IMG/VR virus record: IMGVR_UViG_3300045988_067228 | Span: 1 to 51,498 of that record | Strand: one strand, 5' to 3' | Length of the DNA: 51,498 bases | Source: a virus | Shown here: positions 23,488 to 32,806 of the stretch, piece by piece | Layout of the letters: every line of letters starts with the position of its first letter | How positions within the stretch are numbered: the stretch's first letter is position 1 | The notes under the pieces: generated by a model | What the model was told of the DNA's origin: nothing | The model's database searches: none | What the model saw: the letters and a program-made list of their open reading frames with translations, nothing else | Position numbers and translations under genes: made by a program

Positions 23488-23856
23488 GTGACATTGACTG
23501 TAAACGGAACGGATTTGACGCCTTATATTGCGTTCGGCGGCGTACAGTGGCAAAGGGCTGATGTAGACGGCCCAAATGCCACACGCTCAATCGATGATGC
23601 GTTTCTTACGAGAGATCGGATAGCCATAAAATATCGATTGGATATTACTTGCCGCCCATTGACGCTAGAAGAAGCAAGCCTCGTTCTCTCCTCTATTCTG
23701 CCCGAGTATGTCACAGTTACATATACAGACCCTATGGAGGGCGGAGATGTAACAAAGCAAATGTATTCAAACAACATCCCCGCCCAATTCCTAATCAAGA
23801 CCAGAAATGGGAAAGAGTTATGGGGTGGAATCACATTCCCTCTGATTGAAAGGTAA
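23488..23856 (+). CDS. Small tail protein (distal-tail-like position)
   Basis: GTG start. 122 aa, directly after the tape measure. Confidence 0.5.
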   Translation: MTLTVNGTDLTPYIAFGGVQWQRADVDGPNATRSIDDAFLTRDRIAIKYRLDITCRPLTLEEASLVLSSILPEYVTVTYTDPMEGGDVTKQMYSNNIPAQFLIKTRNGKELWGGITFPLIER

Positions 23857-23860
23857 AGAA

Positions 23861-26095
23861 ATGGCAGTTAATCGAATTCTCGTTGGTGATATAGAAATAA
23901 CGGGGATTTATAATCTGACGTCCGGAAACGTCAATTTAACTACTTCTCTTTTAAACGATGTCCTGGAAATGGACACGCTTGATTGTGACTTTAATAGTCA
24001 ACTGGATAGTTCCACAATCTTGGCTACCATTGGGGAAAAGGTGGTTTACTACCATGGAGATCAGCAAAGACAAACCCTCTATGTAGATAGTATCAAACGA
24101 ACTGGGCCTAGTTCCTATCATCTGTATGCGATATCAGCGGTATCCAAGCTAGACACTATGCTCCATCCCGGCGGAATTTACACCGGACAGACCGCAGAAT
24201 CAATCATAAAGAATATTTGCGGTGAAATCCCCGTTATTGTAAAAAGCAATCTAAAGAATGTTAAGGTGTATGGATGGCTCCCCTATTGTAGCCCACCGAA
24301 CAGCTCCGCACGAGACAATCTCAATCAAGTCCTGTTTGCTATTGGCGCTTGTCTTACTACCGATTTGAATGGTGTTTTGCGAGTGGAGACGTTTTGGGAC
24401 GGAACCATATCGACAATAGATGCGAAAAAGACGGACATGGTTGGCTCAGTTACAGATAATCAAAAAATTAGCGCGATCTCTGTCATTGAACATCAGTTTG
24501 CGGAAGGACAAGAAAGCCAGGAGTTGTTTAATGGCACAGCTCAGAACGGCGATCTAATCATTTTCAATGAGCCGATGCATACCCTGTCTGCTTCCGGATT
24601 TTCCGTTTTGGAAAGCGGAGCAAACTACGCAAAAATCTCTGCCGGTACAGGGACGCTTACGGGGCTGAAATATATCCACAACAAGCGAAAAATTGCAAAG
24701 GTAATCAATGAAAATGTACCTGAAAATGAAAAAGGCAAAGAGAATGCCACACTTGTTTCTTTAGTGAATTCAGTTGCGGTTGCTGAACGGCTAGCGAGCT
24801 TCTATGCTTGCAATAAAACGCTTCAAGCTTCGTTTCTGACCGAAAAGGAAAAGCCCGGACAAGTTGTAAAGGTCATGGACCCATACGATCACGAAATCGT
24901 TTCTGCTTGTATTGAGTCGATGGATGTAAACATGTCCTCAACACTGAAAGCGAATGCCGAAATGCGAATTGGATTTATTCCCTCGCAAGTTGATGATTTC
25001 AAAACATTTGATGAACGCATCGTACTCACCGGATCAGGGACTTATCAAATTCCTACTGAAACAACTTTGATCCGCTATGTTTTGATCAGCGGGGCCCAGG
25101 GCGGCCATTGCGGGCAAAAAGGCGGGGATGTCGGTACATCACCGTCCGTATCCTGGACCAATCCTCCACCATTTGAGGACCAGTTACGCGGCTGCGGACT
25201 TGCAAATGGCGGAGCGGGCGGAGAAGGTGGCGCACCGGGCGCGGGGGCCAGAATCCTTGAAGGGGCTCTGGATATCTCCGGGATAGACTCTATTGTATAT
25301 AGCTGCGGCGTTGGTGGCCTGGGAGCCTCCTATAACCCGAATGATCCGGAGGGCGCTCTTGGAAGCGACACAACGCTTGGTTCTGCAACCACGGCTGGAG
25401 CACAAGCCTCAGAGGCCGGATACACAGATCCCATCACCGGGGAAAAATACGGAGGGACCGGTGACCAAGGAATCCCTGGAGGAAAAGGCGCAGGAAAGGC
25501 GGCCACAGTTACAACCATCAACAGTGATACTGTCCAGCTCTTTGATCCAGCCGAAAACGTTACCGATGAGGACGGCAATACCTGGAACGGAGGCTTGACC
25601 GAAACTGACCCGGATGATCCAGAACGTGTTGCTATGAAGATGCGAGAGAATGACGGCGCCTACATTTGGTATAGCCGAGGTTTAGGTGCAGGCGCGGCCG
25701 CTGGTAAAAATGGTAACGGCCCCGGGCCCGATGCATCAGTGTCTGTACGCTCGTCATCAATTAAGGCTACTGCTGCATCTGGCCTGGATGGAGCGACACC
25801 AACCCTGACGCCCAAAAAGCCTACCCAATATGGAAAAGGCGGCCGCGGTGGTTATGGCGGCGGCGGTGCCAGCTCAGGAGGGCTTGCCGTCGGCTCCACA
25901 GATTCCTCGGATTACACGGTATCAATCACCGCTGGAACCGGGGGAATCGGCGGTAATGGCGGTCCTGGGGGCCCTGGCGGAGATGGCTGTATCATCCTGT
26001 ACATCAGCCGACGCGTTCCACAGGAACGCGGGCCGCTGGTGACTTCGGACGCAAAATGGTTTTTGGACAAGTATGGCCGAAGATTTATCACTTGA
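23861..26095 (+). CDS. Tail tip/baseplate protein with Gly-rich C-terminal domain
   Basis: 744 aa. C-terminal GGAGGEGGAPGAGA ... GGIGGNGGPGGPGGDGCIILY glycine-rich region. Confidence 0.7.
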   Translation: MAVNRILVGDIEITGIYNLTSGNVNLTTSLLNDVLEMDTLDCDFNSQLDSSTILATIGEKVVYYHGDQQRQTLYVDSIKRTGPSSYHLYAISAVSKLDTMLHPGGIYTGQTAESIIKNICGEIPVIVKSNLKNVKVYGWLPYCSPPNSSARDNLNQVLFAIGACLTTDLNGVLRVETFWDGTISTIDAKKTDMVGSVTDNQKISAISVIEHQFAEGQESQELFNGTAQNGDLIIFNEPMHTLSASGFSVLESGANYAKISAGTGTLTGLKYIHNKRKIAKVINENVPENEKGKENATLVSLVNSVAVAERLASFYACNKTLQASFLTEKEKPGQVVKVMDPYDHEIVSACIESMDVNMSSTLKANAEMRIGFIPSQVDDFKTFDERIVLTGSGTYQIPTETTLIRYVLISGAQGGHCGQKGGDVGTSPSVSWTNPPPFEDQLRGCGLANGGAGGEGGAPGAGARILEGALDISGIDSIVYSCGVGGLGASYNPNDPEGALGSDTTLGSATTAGAQASEAGYTDPITGEKYGGTGDQGIPGGKGAGKAATVTTINSDTVQLFDPAENVTDEDGNTWNGGLTETDPDDPERVAMKMRENDGAYIWYSRGLGAGAAAGKNGNGPGPDASVSVRSSSIKATAASGLDGATPTLTPKKPTQYGKGGRGGYGGGGASSGGLAVGSTDSSDYTVSITAGTGGIGGNGGPGGPGGDGCIILYISRRVPQERGPLVTSDAKWFLDKYGRRFIT

Positions 26096-26105
26096 GGAGG
26101 TACAA

Positions 26106-27026
26106 ATGGTAACGATTGAAGAACTCGCTGCAAAAGTTGCTGGACTCGAACAGCAGATGGCAGCAATCACGGTCCCGCCTACCGAGTATTACACCAGTGC
26201 ATACAGTGGAGAGGAAATTGATGCAGCTGTCAAAAAAGTATCTGAAGGATTGGCTGGCGGCGTGGCCTCCTTCAATGGCCGGACCGGGGCGGTGTTGCCC
26301 CAGTCCGGGGACTACAACGCCACACAGATCCCGGTGAGCGGAGAGCCGGAGGCGGAGACCGTTGCGGCGGCTTTGTCCAATAAGGCACCCGCTGGGTTTG
26401 GCTTTGGGGATGCGGTGCAGAGCATTGAAACTACCAGCGCGGAAGAATCCTATGAGACATACTGCGCCAAGGTAGACACCGTACTGGACGGGATGCCTAA
26501 CAAGACCGCAAAACTGGTGCTGGCTTATCCGCCTGCGGTGTACGGCAAAGCGGGTACTACGATATCGCTCTTATATAAGGGTGACGCCAACTATGCAGTG
26601 CTATCCAATATCGGCAGTGCAGACACGGCGCTGTGCGGATGGCGGATGATAAAATTAAAAAAATCATCGTCAGACCCGTCTGCTTGGCAGCCGTTTGAGT
26701 GGGAGCATCCCCCCATGAAGTTGGGCGTCGAGTACCGCACCGTGGAGCGATACGACGGAAAGCCTGTGTATGTCAAAGCGGTGAACTTTGGAATCGTATC
26801 TAACAACGATACAAAATTTGTGGAGCATGGTATATCTAATTTTGAGTCGTGCATTGAATGCGCAGGATTTGGCGGTGAAAAAAATCTTATTGGAAATGAA
26901 GGCGTTGATGTACTCTATGCAAACACCACTGGGGTTAGTATTGAAACAAACGGATATTTTACTAAGGCAAGCTCTGATGGAGTAAATACTGTTGCGATTA
27001 TCAAGTACACCAAAACTACGGATTAA
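26106..27026 (+). CDS. Tail fiber / receptor-binding protein
   Basis: GAGGAGG SD. SFNGRTGAVLPQSGDY is a recurrent tail-fiber N-terminal motif. Confidence 0.7.
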   Translation: MVTIEELAAKVAGLEQQMAAITVPPTEYYTSAYSGEEIDAAVKKVSEGLAGGVASFNGRTGAVLPQSGDYNATQIPVSGEPEAETVAAALSNKAPAGFGFGDAVQSIETTSAEESYETYCAKVDTVLDGMPNKTAKLVLAYPPAVYGKAGTTISLLYKGDANYAVLSNIGSADTALCGWRMIKLKKSSSDPSAWQPFEWEHPPMKLGVEYRTVERYDGKPVYVKAVNFGIVSNNDTKFVEHGISNFESCIECAGFGGEKNLIGNEGVDVLYANTTGVSIETNGYFTKASSDGVNTVAIIKYTKTTD

Positions 27027-27036
27027 GGGGGTTCGC

Positions 27037-27288
27037 ATGAAGATCATCAAATACCAGCTGGCGACAGAGATCAACCACGGCACTCCCGAGGAACCGGACA
27101 TCGAGACGGTGCTCTCCGGTGTTAAGAGAACCTACACGGAGGCATCTTACGCCATCGCCCAGGCGGAGGCGTATCAAGGGCAGATTACCGTGGAGGATGA
27201 TGGACAACCGGAGCCGGAACCTGAACCGGAGTATGTGACCTATGCGGAGCTTGCGAAAGCAATCAAAGAGGGCGTGAACGAAGTATGA
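27037..27288 (+). CDS. Hypothetical tail-fiber-associated protein (83 aa)
   Basis: ORF after the fiber gene, with a PEPEPEPE linker. Confidence 0.5.
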   Translation: MKIIKYQLATEINHGTPEEPDIETVLSGVKRTYTEASYAIAQAEAYQGQITVEDDGQPEPEPEPEYVTYAELAKAIKEGVNEV

Positions 27289-27752
27289 CGGACAAGCAGT
27301 TTGTACTTACCACCATGCGGGATACCGGGCTTGCGAGGGCACAGACCCTCCAGGCCCAGGCCCCGGAGATGACGGGAACGGAGCTGTATGCCTCCGGGGA
27401 CTACATCCCCAGCTTTACGGCGGCCTGTGGCGCCATGAACATGCTGGAACGGGAAGCGGGCTTTGTCTGCTGTTCCACAGCGGGCCGAGTGGTGCGTCTC
27501 CTCCAACCCTATGACAGCGCCATCTACAACACCCAAGAGTCGGAGGACCTGCCCGCACAGTGGGGCTTTGTGTGGTCCACAGACCCGGCCAAGGCTCTGC
27601 CGTTTATCGCCGTCTCCACTTCGCCGTATATGACCGGGGACTGCTGCACGTATGACGGCCATGTCTGGCGGTCCGGTCAGGACAACAACGTGTGGGAACC
27701 CGGAAGCGTGGGCGTGAAGTGGGAGGATTTAGGGGAGGTGTCCAATGGCTGA
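27285..27752 (+). CDS. Protein with carbohydrate-binding-like C-terminus
   Basis: YDGHVWRSGQDNNVWEPGSVGVKWEDLG resembles a CBM5/12-type motif. ATGA coupling to the previous gene. Confidence 0.5.
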   Translation: MTDKQFVLTTMRDTGLARAQTLQAQAPEMTGTELYASGDYIPSFTAACGAMNMLEREAGFVCCSTAGRVVRLLQPYDSAIYNTQESEDLPAQWGFVWSTDPAKALPFIAVSTSPYMTGDCCTYDGHVWRSGQDNNVWEPGSVGVKWEDLGEVSNG

Positions 27753-28074
27753 CGAGAAGTGTATCCTGGACCCGCAGAGGGATTGCCTGGGCCTCCAGAA
27801 AGCCAACATGCTGGAAAAGCAGATGTCGGAATGGCGGGAGGCGTCCCGCAACACCCACAAAGAACTCTTTAACCGGATGCGGGAACTGGAAAAGGCGGAG
27901 GCCGCCCGGAATGAGCAGTACGACAATATCATGGAGAAGCTGGACCGGCTGATCTCATGGCAGGAGGCCGAGCAGGCCAAGCCGAAAAAGCGGTGGGAAG
28001 CCATCGTGGACAAGTCCGTGTGGGCGGTTCTGGCGGCTGTGATTGCGTTTATTTTGGCCCGCATTGGGCTGTAA
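27745..28074 (+). CDS. XhlA-like lysis-associated membrane protein
   Basis: Coiled-coil N-terminus plus a single C-terminal TM segment (SVWAVLAAVIAFILARIGL). Confidence 0.6.
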   Translation: MADEKCILDPQRDCLGLQKANMLEKQMSEWREASRNTHKELFNRMRELEKAEAARNEQYDNIMEKLDRLISWQEAEQAKPKKRWEAIVDKSVWAVLAAVIAFILARIGL

Positions 28075-28250
28075 AAAAGCGACGCCCCCGAAGGAGCGCC
28101 GCAAGCCCGTAGTATTCGTTGTCTCCGTCCATTGCGACTTAACGCGGAGGGAGCGCTATCAAAACAGCACACGTCTGCACAACGGGCAATAACATCTTAC
28201 ATCATTAGAAACCGGCGGTCAAGCCGGATATTTGAAAGGAGCTACCAATC

Positions 28251-28568
28251 ATGAACAAGACCATCAATAACATCATCGATGACTTCAAGAGCGGCAAGAT
28301 TACTGTGGAGGATGCCAACAAGCTGCTGGTTGAGGCTGGCGCCGGATTCTCCCTGAACCCCGAAAAGAACCCCTATGGCGGATGGACCGAGGCAGAGATG
28401 GCGGAGGGATTCCTTCCCGGCGAGGAAAAGGAGCCTCTTCCGGACAAGGTAGACATGGGCCGAAATCAGGCGCTTGCCGGACAAGTGGTTCGCCAGAATA
28501 CCAAGCGCGGAAAGTTTGATGTGACCTATGATGCAGACGGTTATGCCATCAAGGCCATCCGAGTGTAA
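28251..28568 (+). CDS. Hypothetical protein (105 aa)
   Basis: AAAGGAG SD. No firm motif recognised. Confidence 0.55.
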   Translation: MNKTINNIIDDFKSGKITVEDANKLLVEAGAGFSLNPEKNPYGGWTEAEMAEGFLPGEEKEPLPDKVDMGRNQALAGQVVRQNTKRGKFDVTYDADGYAIKAIRV

Positions 28569-28582
28569 TCGGGAGGTCTGAT

Positions 28583-28858
28583 ATGGACATTTCCTCTCTT
28601 GGCATCACCGGAGTGGCGGCTATCACCGTCATCTGCCTGCTGATTGGGCAGGGCGTGAAAGCGTCCTCTCTGGACAGCAAGTTCATCCCTATCATTTGCG
28701 GTGTCTGCGGTGCTGTGCTGGGTGTGGTAGGTATGTTCCTTATGCCGGACTTCCCGGCCACGGACTACATCACTGCGGCGGCTGTGGGCATTGTGAGCGG
28801 CCTGGCTGCTACCGGAGCCAACCAGGTAATCAAGCAGCTGGGAAGTGACAGTAAATGA
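28583..28858 (+). CDS. Holin
   Basis: 91 aa with 2-3 TM segments and a charged C-terminus, immediately upstream of the amidase. Confidence 0.8.
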   Translation: MDISSLGITGVAAITVICLLIGQGVKASSLDSKFIPIICGVCGAVLGVVGMFLMPDFPATDYITAAAVGIVSGLAATGANQVIKQLGSDSK

Positions 28859-29541
28859 GCTACACGATAAAGGAGCAGCTGGCGAACTCCGGGAACTATG
28901 GCGGTTCCCGGAACGCCAGCCAAATCCGGTATCTAGTGTACCACTACACCGGAAATGACGGGGACAGGGCGGCAAACAACGCAAAGTATTTTCAGAACAA
29001 CATCGTCAAGGCCAGCGCCCACTACTTTGTCGATGATACTACAGTCTGGCGGTCTGTGCCTGATCTAAAAGTGGCATGGTCCGTCGGCGGCAGCAAGTAC
29101 GCCAACGCCGACAAGACTGGCGGCGGCACCATGTACGGCATCATTACTAACACCAACTCCATCAGCATTGAGATGTGTGATACCATCCGGAATGGTGTCT
29201 ATCAGGCCAGCGAGGCCACGCTTGTAAACGCTGCCGCCCTGGGCCGGACACTGATGGAAAAGTACGGCATCCCCATTGAGAACGTGTACCGTCACTTTGA
29301 TGTGACTGGGAAGCACTGCCCGTCGTACTTGGTGAACGCCCAGAAGTGGGCAGAGTTCAAGAAGAGACTGGAGGTCACTATGGACAATACACCGTCTCCC
29401 GCCCACAAGGAGGGCGTGGAATGGGCCATTGCAAACGGCATCCTGACGGGCAACAGCGAGGGGGACCTGATGCTCTCTCAGTCCGTCACCCGTCAGCAGA
29501 TGTGTACGATGCTGTATCGGTTTTGGAAGCTGATGAAATAA
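28855..29541 (+). CDS. Endolysin: N-acetylmuramoyl-L-alanine amidase (Amidase_2/PGRP type) with SLH-like C-terminal domain
   Basis: YLVYHYTGN...AHYFVDD...HFDVTGKHCPS are amidase motifs. The C-terminal EWAIANGILTGNSEGDLMLSQSVTRQQMCTMLYRF is SLH-like. Confidence 0.85.
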   Translation: MSYTIKEQLANSGNYGGSRNASQIRYLVYHYTGNDGDRAANNAKYFQNNIVKASAHYFVDDTTVWRSVPDLKVAWSVGGSKYANADKTGGGTMYGIITNTNSISIEMCDTIRNGVYQASEATLVNAAALGRTLMEKYGIPIENVYRHFDVTGKHCPSYLVNAQKWAEFKKRLEVTMDNTPSPAHKEGVEWAIANGILTGNSEGDLMLSQSVTRQQMCTMLYRFWKLMK

Positions 29542-29559
29542 GAGGAAGGACGTGAGACT

Positions 29560-29811
29560 GTGAGCGCAAGAGTGAAACTGCCTGATCCGCTGGATAAGCT
29601 CTTGCGCTCTCAGCTTGAGAGAGCCATCTATGAAGCTGCCTTACACGAGGATGACGAATTTATAGCGAAGCGCCGTATCATTGATAAGGTAGACCAAATC
29701 GAAGTTGCCACCGACCTCGGCTGGTATCGCGGCGCTGTTAGCACTCATGAAAAGTACATCTTTCAACGAGCTGCCGATGTAGCAAAGCAGCTCTATCCAA
29801 ACTCAGCATAA
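29560..29811 (+). CDS. Hypothetical protein (83 aa), possible HTH
   Basis: GTG start. A terminator follows. Confidence 0.45.
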   Translation: MSARVKLPDPLDKLLRSQLERAIYEAALHEDDEFIAKRRIIDKVDQIEVATDLGWYRGAVSTHEKYIFQRAADVAKQLYPNSA

Positions 29812-29833
29812 ATCAAGCATAAGTCTTACATAA

Positions 29834-29868
29834 CCCCGACTGGGATCACCCCCAGCCGGGGATTTTTT
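29834..29868 (+). terminator. Rho-independent terminator ending the late/lysis operon
   Basis: CCCCGACTGGG pairs with CCCAGCCGGGG (one mismatch), followed by ATTTTTT. Confidence 0.7.
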
Positions 29869-29969
29869 GTGAGAAAATTTAAGCATGGAGGACGTAAGGA
29901 ACAAGGGCTGGTACACGTCGCCGCCCTCCTTGCGGCCTCCTGATTTCTTACATAAGGACGTGTTTTAAG

Positions 29970-30140
29970 TTGATCCTGAATGGTTCAGAACTGGTGGCCC
30001 GGCTGGTGGCCTGCGGCTTCACGGAGTCCACAGCAAGAGACACCTGCGAGAAGTATGCGGCGGAGGGAGACTTCTCCGGATTGGAACGGTTTATCCGGCA
30101 GAACGAGCTTTTGTACGATGACAGGAAACAGTACGTTTGA
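29970..30140 (+). CDS. Small hypothetical protein (56 aa), TTG start; not in the ORF track
   Basis: LNGSELVARLVACGFTESTARDTCEKYAAEGDFSGLERFIRQNELL is more protein-like than the overlapping track ORF N-terminus. Confidence 0.4.
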   Translation: MILNGSELVARLVACGFTESTARDTCEKYAAEGDFSGLERFIRQNELLYDDRKQYV

Positions 30141-30498
30141 ATATTACAACGCCAATAGAGACGGAAAGAACGTAGGCGATTGCACCGTCAGGGCAATTTC
30201 CGTTGCCCTAGATCAGGATTGGGACACCACCTATTGGGGGCTATGCTGGGAGGGCTACCTTGCCGCAGATATGCCGTCAGGCAATCCGGTTTGGGGCAAA
30301 TATCTTCGTCGTAAAGGCTGGCGGCGCTATCTACCAGAGTACGACGATATGACTGTACAGGAGTTCGCCCATGAGCATCCCTATGGCATCTATCTGTTGG
30401 CTCTGGACACTCACATTGTCTGTGTTTTTGACGGGCGCATCATAGACACTTGGAACAGCGGCGGAAAGACCGTGCTGTATTACTGGATGGAGGATTGA
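30118..30498 (+). CDS. Papain-like Cys/His peptidase-fold candidate (126 aa)
   Basis: ...NVGDCTVRAISVAL... and ...DTHIVCVFDGRIIDTWN suggest a Cys-His-Asp/Asn arrangement. This is inference only. Confidence 0.45.
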   Translation: MTGNSTFEYYNANRDGKNVGDCTVRAISVALDQDWDTTYWGLCWEGYLAADMPSGNPVWGKYLRRKGWRRYLPEYDDMTVQEFAHEHPYGIYLLALDTHIVCVFDGRIIDTWNSGGKTVLYYWMED

Positions 30499-30500
30499 GT

Positions 30501-30968
30501 ATGCCGTATCAATATATGCCGGGCTATCAGCCCATGTACTATCAGCCGCCCATGCCGGATCAGCTGGCCCAGCTTCGCGGGTCTCAGTTTCAGCCCATGC
30601 AGCCGCAGATGCCGCAGGCACAGCCCCAGCAGGCGGGAAATCCTATGCCTTCTTCGGTGGATGACCGCATTTGGGTGCAAGGAGAGAATGCGGCAACGGC
30701 GTATTTGGTAGCGGCTAACGGTTTTGTGCGCCTTTGGGACAGCACAGCCCCAGTTTTCTACGAGAAACGGGCAGATGCACAAGGCAAGCCGTTTCCTATA
30801 GTTGCCTATGATTATAAGAGGCGCAGAGAAGACTTTTCGGCTCCGCAGGCGACTCCCGTGGAGTACGCCACTAAGCAGGACCTAGACGCTTTGGCAGCCC
30901 GTGTAGAGGCTCTGGCAACAAAGAAACAGACTACTAAAAAGTCGGATACAAAGGAGGATGCAGAATGA
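30501..30968 (+). CDS. Hypothetical protein with P/Q/M-rich N-terminus (155 aa)
   Basis: GGAGG SD. MPYQYMPGYQPMYYQPPMPDQ... is low complexity, followed by a globular part. Confidence 0.6.
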   Translation: MPYQYMPGYQPMYYQPPMPDQLAQLRGSQFQPMQPQMPQAQPQQAGNPMPSSVDDRIWVQGENAATAYLVAANGFVRLWDSTAPVFYEKRADAQGKPFPIVAYDYKRRREDFSAPQATPVEYATKQDLDALAARVEALATKKQTTKKSDTKEDAE

Positions 30969-31186
30969 ATCCCTTTTTCAACGCGATGGGAGGCAATCGT
31001 CAGCCCAACCTGATGCAGCAGTTTCAGCAGTTCATGCAGCAGATGCGCGGCAAGGACCCCAACGCCATGATACAAGAGATGGTATCCTCTGGCCGCATTA
31101 CTCAGGACCAGCTCAACCAGGTCCAAAAGCAGGCCCAGCAGATGTCAGGTGTGTTTGAAGGGATGCGGGGAATGTTTGGGAAATAA
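30965..31186 (+). CDS. Q-rich small hypothetical protein (73 aa)
   Basis: ATGA coupling to the previous gene. Confidence 0.55.
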   Translation: MNPFFNAMGGNRQPNLMQQFQQFMQQMRGKDPNAMIQEMVSSGRITQDQLNQVQKQAQQMSGVFEGMRGMFGK

Positions 31187-31210
31187 AAAGCAGGGGCATT
31201 AAACCCCTGC
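31181..31210 (-). terminator. Hairpin terminator at the HNH gene 3' end
   Basis: GCAGGGG 31190-96 pairs with CCCCTGC 31204-10. A U-run follows on the minus strand. Confidence 0.55.
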
Positions 31211-31759
31211 ATATCTCCAAGCATATCCGTGTGTTTGAGAAAACAACCCTTTACAACATTTTCCGATTTTGGTTGCTAAGCACCCAGTTTCTCGTGCAGC
31301 TTCTTCTATACTCCCATACGTTGCAAGGACTTTCCCGGTCAATAAGTCTATTTGTTGAACAGAAATAGAGGACGCATTTTGAAACCCGGATTTTCCAAGC
31401 CACGGTTTAGACCCTTTATTTATCCCGATTTTATATGCGTGTTGATTGTTTTCTGATGGAGTGCACCACTCCAAATTATCAACACAGTTATTAGTTTTAT
31501 CTCCATTGATATGGTTTACCTGTGTCTTATCCTTCGGGTTTTCTAAAAAGGCAGATGCAACCAGCCTGTGGACCTGAAAATATTTAGATTTCTTATCTTT
31601 ATATAAACTAACACGTAAATACCTTCCGTCGGCACAAACCGGAGATAAAATTTTTACTCTATCGTGCATTTTGGTGGACTGTAAACTTTTGACCCGTCCC
31701 ATGTTGCTTACTTGATATAGCCCTTCATAACCGGCAATATCTTTCCAAATTTCGTTCAT
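31199..31759 (-). CDS. Free-standing HNH homing endonuclease (NUMOD4 + HNH_3 type)
   Basis: WKDIAGYEGLYQVSNMGRVKSL (NUMOD4) and VNHINGDKTNNCVDNLEWCTPSENNQHA (HNH). AT-rich. Confidence 0.85.
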   Translation of the reverse strand: MNEIWKDIAGYEGLYQVSNMGRVKSLQSTKMHDRVKILSPVCADGRYLRVSLYKDKKSKYFQVHRLVASAFLENPKDKTQVNHINGDKTNNCVDNLEWCTPSENNQHAYKIGINKGSKPWLGKSGFQNASSISVQQIDLLTGKVLATYGSIEEAARETGCLATKIGKCCKGLFSQTHGYAWRYAGV

Positions 31760-31926
31760 AGCACTTACCCTTTCATGCTCCCTGAATTTTAGATTGCGTG
31801 GAAACCGTCAGGGTAACGGCTTATCGGGAGCGACCCTATCCACGCATAACAATTATATCAAAAAATCAGCAAAAAGTATATAGATGCGGCCGCATTTATA
31901 AATATTTTCACAAAGGAGAAAGTTAT

Positions 31927-32694
31927 ATGTCTCTTAGTAATGATGCAACTCTGACTATGCCGGTAGCTCCTGCGTATTCTGCTGGCGGTTATGGTAGCAA
32001 TGGCTCCATGTGGGGTGGAGACTGGTCTGCCTGGATTATTTTGTTCCTCATTTGGGGTGCTTTTGGTGGCGGCTGGGGTAATGGTTTCGGCGGTAGTTTC
32101 GGTGGGGCGAACGGCCCTGGTTTCCAGGGGTATGCCACACGCTCTGATATCAACGAGGGCTTCGCCCTGAACAACCTCCAGAGCGGCATCAATTCCATCC
32201 AGAATGGAATCTGTGACAGCACCTATACCCTGACCAACGCCATCAACAATGGCTTCCACGGCGTTGACACCGCTGTGTGTAACCTGGGCTATCAGACGCA
32301 GGCGGGCTTTAATGCCATCGGCGCCCAGCTGGCGCAGTGCTGCTGCGATACTCAGCGAAGCATTGACGGCGTCCGGTACGACATGGCTACCCAGGCTTGC
32401 GATACCCGCAACACCATCCAGACCAGCACCCGGGATATCATCGACAACGCCAACGCCAACAGCCGCGCAATCCTGGACTTCCTGACCCAGGACAAGATTG
32501 CTACTCTGACGGCTGAAAACCAGAGCCTGAAGTTCCAGGCTTCCCAGGCGGCTCAGAACGCTTTCTTCACCGCCAATCAGGAGGCGCAGACTGCCGAGCT
32601 GATCCGCCGCATCAATCCCATGCCGGTCCCGGCCTATCAGGTGCCCAATCCTTATGCCGGATGTGGCTGCAATCCCTGCGGCTGCGGCTGCTAA
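31927..32694 (+). CDS. Membrane-anchored Gly/Cys-rich protein (255 aa), unknown function
   Basis: AAAGGAG SD. The YjcZ-like G/W-rich hydrophobic N-terminus, QCCCD motif and C-terminal GCGCNPCGCGC are seen directly. Confidence 0.7.
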   Translation: MSLSNDATLTMPVAPAYSAGGYGSNGSMWGGDWSAWIILFLIWGAFGGGWGNGFGGSFGGANGPGFQGYATRSDINEGFALNNLQSGINSIQNGICDSTYTLTNAINNGFHGVDTAVCNLGYQTQAGFNAIGAQLAQCCCDTQRSIDGVRYDMATQACDTRNTIQTSTRDIIDNANANSRAILDFLTQDKIATLTAENQSLKFQASQAAQNAFFTANQEAQTAELIRRINPMPVPAYQVPNPYAGCGCNPCGCGC

Positions 32695-32806
32695 AACCCA
32701 ATACACCAACTTGTAAGAAAGGCTTACATGTTCGGCCCCGTGCCGATTTTGAACCATGCGGCGGGGCAACAGCCTCGCCGCTATCTTTTTGAAAGGAATG
32801 AAGTTT

